Of a stretch of DNA of 64,000 nucleotides, positions 60,362 to 64,000 are shown piece after piece. This stretch comes from a bacterium (lineage in GTDB: Bacteria > Patescibacteriota > Minisyncoccia > JAHIHE01), in contig JAUYBG010000010.1 in the NCBI GenBank assembly GCA_030693205.1, forward strand, positions 2,059-66,058. Direction: 5' to 3'. Made by a program: the position numbers and the translations under genes. The notes beneath the pieces are model-generated. The model saw nothing but the letters and a program-made list of their open reading frames with translations, had not been told where the DNA came from and searched no databases. Each line of letters starts with the position of its first letter. The first letter of the stretch is position 1.

Positions 60362-61003
60362 ATGCTTAAGTCGGTAAATAAAATTATTAAAGTTTTAGTG
60401 CTCGGAGACGCTTTTTTGAATAGCGGCTGGGGTTTGATAGCGCCTGTTTTTGCGATTTATATAATTCAAAATATCAAGGGAGGGGATATAATGGTGGCAG
60501 GTTTTGCCGCAGCGGTTTATTGGATCGTGAAAAGCATTATTCAGATGCCATTCGCGAAATATCTCGACAGGAACCATGGAGAAAAGGATGATTTTTATGC
60601 GGTATTTTTTGGCTTATTGCTGGTCAGCTTGGTTCCTTTGGGCTATATGGTTTCGACGCTGCCATGGCACATATACGCGTTTCAAATTTTGTACGCGATC
60701 GGGATGGCATTGGTGGTTCCTGCCTGGTTCGGGCTTTATACCAGGCATATTGATAAAGGGAAAGAAGCGTATGAATGGAGCGTTTATAGCACTTCTTTTG
60801 GTTTTATAGCGGGGATTTCCGGCGCTATTGGCGGAGTGATCGCGGCGGCGATCGGATTCAAGATTATTTTTTTACTGATCAGCTTTTTTACGATTATGGC
60901 GGCGACCATTTTTTATTCCCTTCGCGACGAGATCACAGCGGTTCATATTCATAATACCAGTGTAAAAGCGGTCGATGTGCCAGCTGAAAAATTGCGTTTT
61001 TAG
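60362..61003 (+). CDS. Hypothetical six-TM membrane protein (MFS-half-like)
   Basis: Six hydrophobic helices. Confidence 0.45.
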   Translation: MLKSVNKIIKVLVLGDAFLNSGWGLIAPVFAIYIIQNIKGGDIMVAGFAAAVYWIVKSIIQMPFAKYLDRNHGEKDDFYAVFFGLLLVSLVPLGYMVSTLPWHIYAFQILYAIGMALVVPAWFGLYTRHIDKGKEAYEWSVYSTSFGFIAGISGAIGGVIAAAIGFKIIFLLISFFTIMAATIFYSLRDEITAVHIHNTSVKAVDVPAEKLRF

Positions 61004-61175
61004 GCTCTTAATTTATCATAAAACTCTTTATATTAAAGGTTGTTTGACAGGGTTGACATTAAATTGGCAATGAAGTATAATGGATTTAGATATAAAGTAA
61101 AACCCAAGCGAGGGTTTTTTAAAATCCCCCAGCTTTATAGTGGTTAGTTTGAGTCAGTAATGTAAAAAGAAACAT

Positions 61176-61373
61176 ATGAATATTATAGAAAAACCGATTA
61201 ATTTTTTTAAGGAAGTAAAAATAGAGCTTACTAAAGTAACCTTTCTTTCAAGAGAGGACCTGATCAAGAATACCATGTCCGTTATTTTGGTCAGTATCGC
61301 ATTTTCTATTTTTTTAGGCGGAGTGGATTATATTTTTATGTATTTAATCAAGACGTTTTTATTGAAAATTTAA
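61176..61373 (+). CDS. secE: Preprotein translocase subunit SecE
   Basis: 65 aa with a single C-terminal TM, located immediately upstream of nusG. Confidence 0.85.
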   Translation: MNIIEKPINFFKEVKIELTKVTFLSREDLIKNTMSVILVSIAFSIFLGGVDYIFMYLIKTFLLKI

Positions 61374-61374
61374 T

Positions 61375-61917
61375 ATGTCAAAACAAGTACAACAAGGCAA
61401 GAATTGGTACGCGATCCATACTTATTCGGGTTATGAAGACAACGTGACGCGAAATTTAATGCAGCGCATTGAATCTATGGGTATGGAGGATAAGATCCTC
61501 AATGTATTAGTGCCAAAAGAAAAGAAGATAAAGATCAAAGCGGGAAAAAGAAAGATCATCGAAGAAAGAATTTTCCCCGGTTATGTTTTGGTGGAAATGA
61601 TCGTCACCGATGATTCTTGGTACGTGGTTAGGAACACGCCGAATGTTACCGGATTTGTCGGTTCGGGCACGACTCCTACCGCGGTTTCGCCGGAAGAAAT
61701 TGAAGTTATAAAAAAGAGAATGGGCGTTTCGGAACCTAAATACAAGATCGATGTGGCAAAAGACGATGCGGTAAAAATTGTCGATGGTCCTTTCAAGGGA
61801 TTTGACGGCAAGGTAAGCGAAGTGGACGAAGAAAAAGGAAAGATAAAAGTTTTGGTTTCTATGTTTGGCAGAGAAACACCGATCGAATTAGACTTTTTAC
61901 AAATTAAGAAAATATAA
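61375..61917 (+). CDS. nusG: Transcription termination/antitermination factor NusG
   Basis: NWYAIHTYSGYE NGN domain and a C-terminal KOW (VKIVDGPFKGFDGKV). Confidence 0.93.
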   Translation: MSKQVQQGKNWYAIHTYSGYEDNVTRNLMQRIESMGMEDKILNVLVPKEKKIKIKAGKRKIIEERIFPGYVLVEMIVTDDSWYVVRNTPNVTGFVGSGTTPTAVSPEEIEVIKKRMGVSEPKYKIDVAKDDAVKIVDGPFKGFDGKVSEVDEEKGKIKVLVSMFGRETPIELDFLQIKKI

Positions 61918-61926
61918 AATAAAAAT

Positions 61927-62355
61927 ATGGCAAAAGAAATAAAAACAAAAATCAAGCTTCAAATTCCGGCGATGAAAGCGACTCCGGCTCCTCCGGTTGG
62001 TCCGGCGCTCGGACAGCACGGGCTTAATATCCAGGATTTTTGCACGAAATTCAACGCCGCGACCAAAGCGATGGCCGGTGATATCGTTCCTGTTGAAATA
62101 ACCGTTTTTGTCGACAAAACTTATACTTTTATTCTTAAAACCCCTCCGGCCGCCGAATTGCTCAAAAAAGCCGCGGGAATAGAAAAAGGTTCCGGCGAGC
62201 CTAATAAGAAAAAAGTCGGGAAAGTGACAAACGAACAGATCAGAGAAATAGCGGAGAAAAAAATGAAAGATCTGAATGCCAATGATATTGAAGCCGCGAT
62301 GAAGATAATCAAAGGTACGGCGCGAAATATGGGAATAACAATTGCAGAAAAATAA
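61927..62355 (+). CDS. rplK: 50S ribosomal protein L11
   Basis: [24 protein letters not shown]. Confidence 0.95.
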   Translation: MAKEIKTKIKLQIPAMKATPAPPVGPALGQHGLNIQDFCTKFNAATKAMAGDIVPVEITVFVDKTYTFILKTPPAAELLKKAAGIEKGSGEPNKKKVGKVTNEQIREIAEKKMKDLNANDIEAAMKIIKGTARNMGITIAEK

Positions 62356-62420
62356 ATAATATATTAATTTAATTTGTGGGAGTTTTTTTAAAAAACGTTC
62401 GTACCACGAAAGGAAAAAAT

Positions 62421-63113
62421 ATGGCTCGATCAAAAAGATACAAAAAACTAGAGAGTAAAGTCGATAAAACGAAAATTTACGATATTGATGAAGCTTTCAA
62501 GGCTTTAAAAGATTTAGCCAGCGCTAAATTCGATGAAGCGGTTGAAGTTCATGTTAAATTGGGAATTGACGCTTCGAAAGCCGATCAAGCGATCAGAGGA
62601 ATGGTCAGTTTGCCGAATGGAACGGGCAAGACAAAAAAAATCGCCGTATTCGCGGAAAGCGCGAAAGGCGAAGAGGCAAAAAAAGCCGGCGCTGATATAG
62701 TCGGCGGGGAAGATCTGATCGCGAAAATAAAACAAACGGGAAAGATCGAATTTGATATCGCGGTGGCCACTCCCGATATGATGAAAAAACTGGCTCCGAT
62801 CGCCAAAATTTTGGGTCCCAAAGGCTTGATGCCTTCGCCGAAAACGGAAACCGTGACTATGGATATCGCGAAAGTTGTCGGCGAGCTTAAAAAAGGCAAA
62901 GCCGAATTTCGTTCCGATGATTCGGGAAACGTGCATATTTCTATCGGGAAGATATCTTTTGATCCGGCAAAACTCAGGGAAAATTTCATTGAATTCTTGA
63001 GTACTTTGAAAAATACCCGGCCTGCCGCCACCAAAGGCGAATTTATCAAGGGAGCGGCGATCTCGACCACTATGGGTCCGTCTTTAAAAGTTAATTTTTC
63101 AGTAAAAAAATAA
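62421..63113 (+). CDS. rplA: 50S ribosomal protein L1 (start at MARSKRY)
   Basis: Sequence KRYKKLESKVDKTKIYDIDEAFKALKD...PDMMKKLAPIAKILGPKGLMPSPK. The ORF-track start at 62376 was trimmed. Confidence 0.92.
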   Translation: MARSKRYKKLESKVDKTKIYDIDEAFKALKDLASAKFDEAVEVHVKLGIDASKADQAIRGMVSLPNGTGKTKKIAVFAESAKGEEAKKAGADIVGGEDLIAKIKQTGKIEFDIAVATPDMMKKLAPIAKILGPKGLMPSPKTETVTMDIAKVVGELKKGKAEFRSDDSGNVHISIGKISFDPAKLRENFIEFLSTLKNTRPAATKGEFIKGAAISTTMGPSLKVNFSVKK

Positions 63114-63131
63114 ACTTAAAATAAACCCATT

Positions 63132-63527
63132 ATGTTTAAAATCAATTTAAAAAATGTTTTAAGGATTATATTGATAGGTTTGGGAATATTGCTGGTGATC
63201 ATTGCTCTTGGAGTTATCAGCTCGAGAGTCGCAAGTAAGGATAGCAATATAAAAATTGAATACACGATTAGTGATACAAGCAGCACGACGGTTTTTGAAG
63301 CTTTAAAAAGCCATACTGAAAAGAATAAAATTGAATTAACATATAATTATAACTTTCCGAAGCTTGGCGTTCTGGTTGATAGTATTGTCGGAATAAAAAG
63401 CGGTACGGATAATAAATATTGGCAGTATTATGTCAATGATAAACTGGGCGAGGTGGCGGCGGATAAGAAGGAAATAAAAGCGGGCGATAAGGTGGAATGG
63501 AAATTTGAAAAAGTGCCGGAATTCTAA
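63132..63527 (+). CDS. Hypothetical membrane-anchored small protein (131 aa)
   Basis: N-terminal TM plus a roughly 100-aa domain. It sits where rplJ/rplL would be expected. Confidence 0.45.
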   Translation: MFKINLKNVLRIILIGLGILLVIIALGVISSRVASKDSNIKIEYTISDTSSTTVFEALKSHTEKNKIELTYNYNFPKLGVLVDSIVGIKSGTDNKYWQYYVNDKLGEVAADKKEIKAGDKVEWKFEKVPEF

Positions 63528-63599
63528 TTTTGTTTAAAAATAGCTCTTAGGCAAATTTATTAAAACTAAATTTGTTTTTAAGCTGTTCTTAAATCGAGG

Positions 63600-63795
63600 C
63601 AAGGATAGCCGTGAATTGAGATATTGAGCGAGGAGAATCCAAATAAATGAGATTCGTTATCTTAATTTATGAATAGACTACAGATACTCGCATCTGAGGA
63701 AAATTTGAACCTTGAAAGGAAAGCGGTTGGATAATTATGCAATCAGGGAAAGCCATGAAACTGTGAGATAACAATATCCAACCGCCCATCTAATC
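63600..63795 (+). ncRNA. Candidate cis-regulatory structured RNA (riboswitch-like leader with partial TPP-aptamer-like motifs)
   Basis: CAGAT/ATCTG hairpin followed by CTGAGG, then GAACCTTGA, GGATAAT and AGGGAA in TPP-aptamer order. An 11-bp perfect stem GCGGTTGGATA / TATCCAACCGCC ends 10 nt before the downstream ATG. Confidence 0.3.
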
Positions 63796-64000
63796 TTATG
63801 AATAAATTAAACATAAAATATAGTTTAATCATTGGTTTGGGAATAATTATTTTTGGCGTGATTGCCAGATTTTTTTTGCTAAAATTCGTCGGTATTCCTA
63901 ATTTTGAGATCATTACCGCGCTTACTTTGGTCAGCGCTGTTTTTTTGGGCCGGGCGTGGGGAATTGTCGTGCCGCTTTCGATCATTGCCATAACTGATGT
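63796..64000 (+). CDS. 5' part of a polytopic membrane protein, possibly an ECF-type S component or vitamin transporter, truncated by the window end
   Basis: ATG at 63796. The translation MNKLNIKYSLIIGLGIIIFGVIARFFLLKFVGIPNFEIITALTLVSAVFLGRAWGIVVPLSIIAITD stays open to the window end. Confidence 0.4.

Noticed and set aside
63600-63795. A confident call of a TPP riboswitch
   Set aside because: Several TPP aptamer blocks are recognisable, but the P2 GGGG strand and the CC-GCG block are not. The long perfect stem does not match canonical TPP architecture. It is kept only as a candidate.

Overview
This 64-kb window looks like a small-genome, roughly 40% GC bacterium with Candidate Phyla Radiation (CPR/Patescibacteria) hallmarks. 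Those hallmarks are an S10-spc ribosomal cluster lacking L30, a form II/III RuBisCO-like gene, a 23S rRNA with large insertions, and a 23S-5S pair with no adjacent 16S. The core content is tuf followed by rpsJ through rplO, secY, two tandem adenylate kinases and map. Further on are a central-metabolism block (ruvX, GT2, galT-like, tpiA, fba), rplY, ftsW, prmC-prfA (minus strand), rpmE, and rpsB-tsf. A tRNA Thr-Tyr-Thr array is followed by rpmG, tRNA-Trp, then uppS-pcm-mltG, then secE-nusG-rplK-rplA. Between these conserved blocks sit several AT-rich accessory segments. One is a two-gene module at the 5' edge with an Hjc-like PD-(D/E)xK nuclease. An island of unknown genes interrupts the ribosomal operon after map. 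A degenerate 47-codon N+C-terminal remnant of an S49-like protease gene lies about 5.9 kb upstream of its full-length copy, and the two bracket an AI-2E transporter, a UPF0182 membrane protein and the RuBisCO gene. There is an ATP-cone plus Mrr-like nuclease, and an island with a Bro-N antirepressor-like gene between prfA and rpmE. RNA-level oddities include a roughly 220-nt tandem-repeat expansion and a roughly 378-nt intron-like insertion in 23S. A promoter-equipped protein-coding ORF sits in the 23S-5S spacer. A GATTTA/TAAATC inverted-repeat hairpin family occurs five times. Long structured leaders lie upstream of tpiA and prfA. A riboswitch-like leader with partial TPP-aptamer motifs precedes a truncated transporter-like gene at the 3' edge. 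All calls rest on reading the sequence and the ORF translations against known family motifs. No database searches were run, and no CRISPR array was seen.
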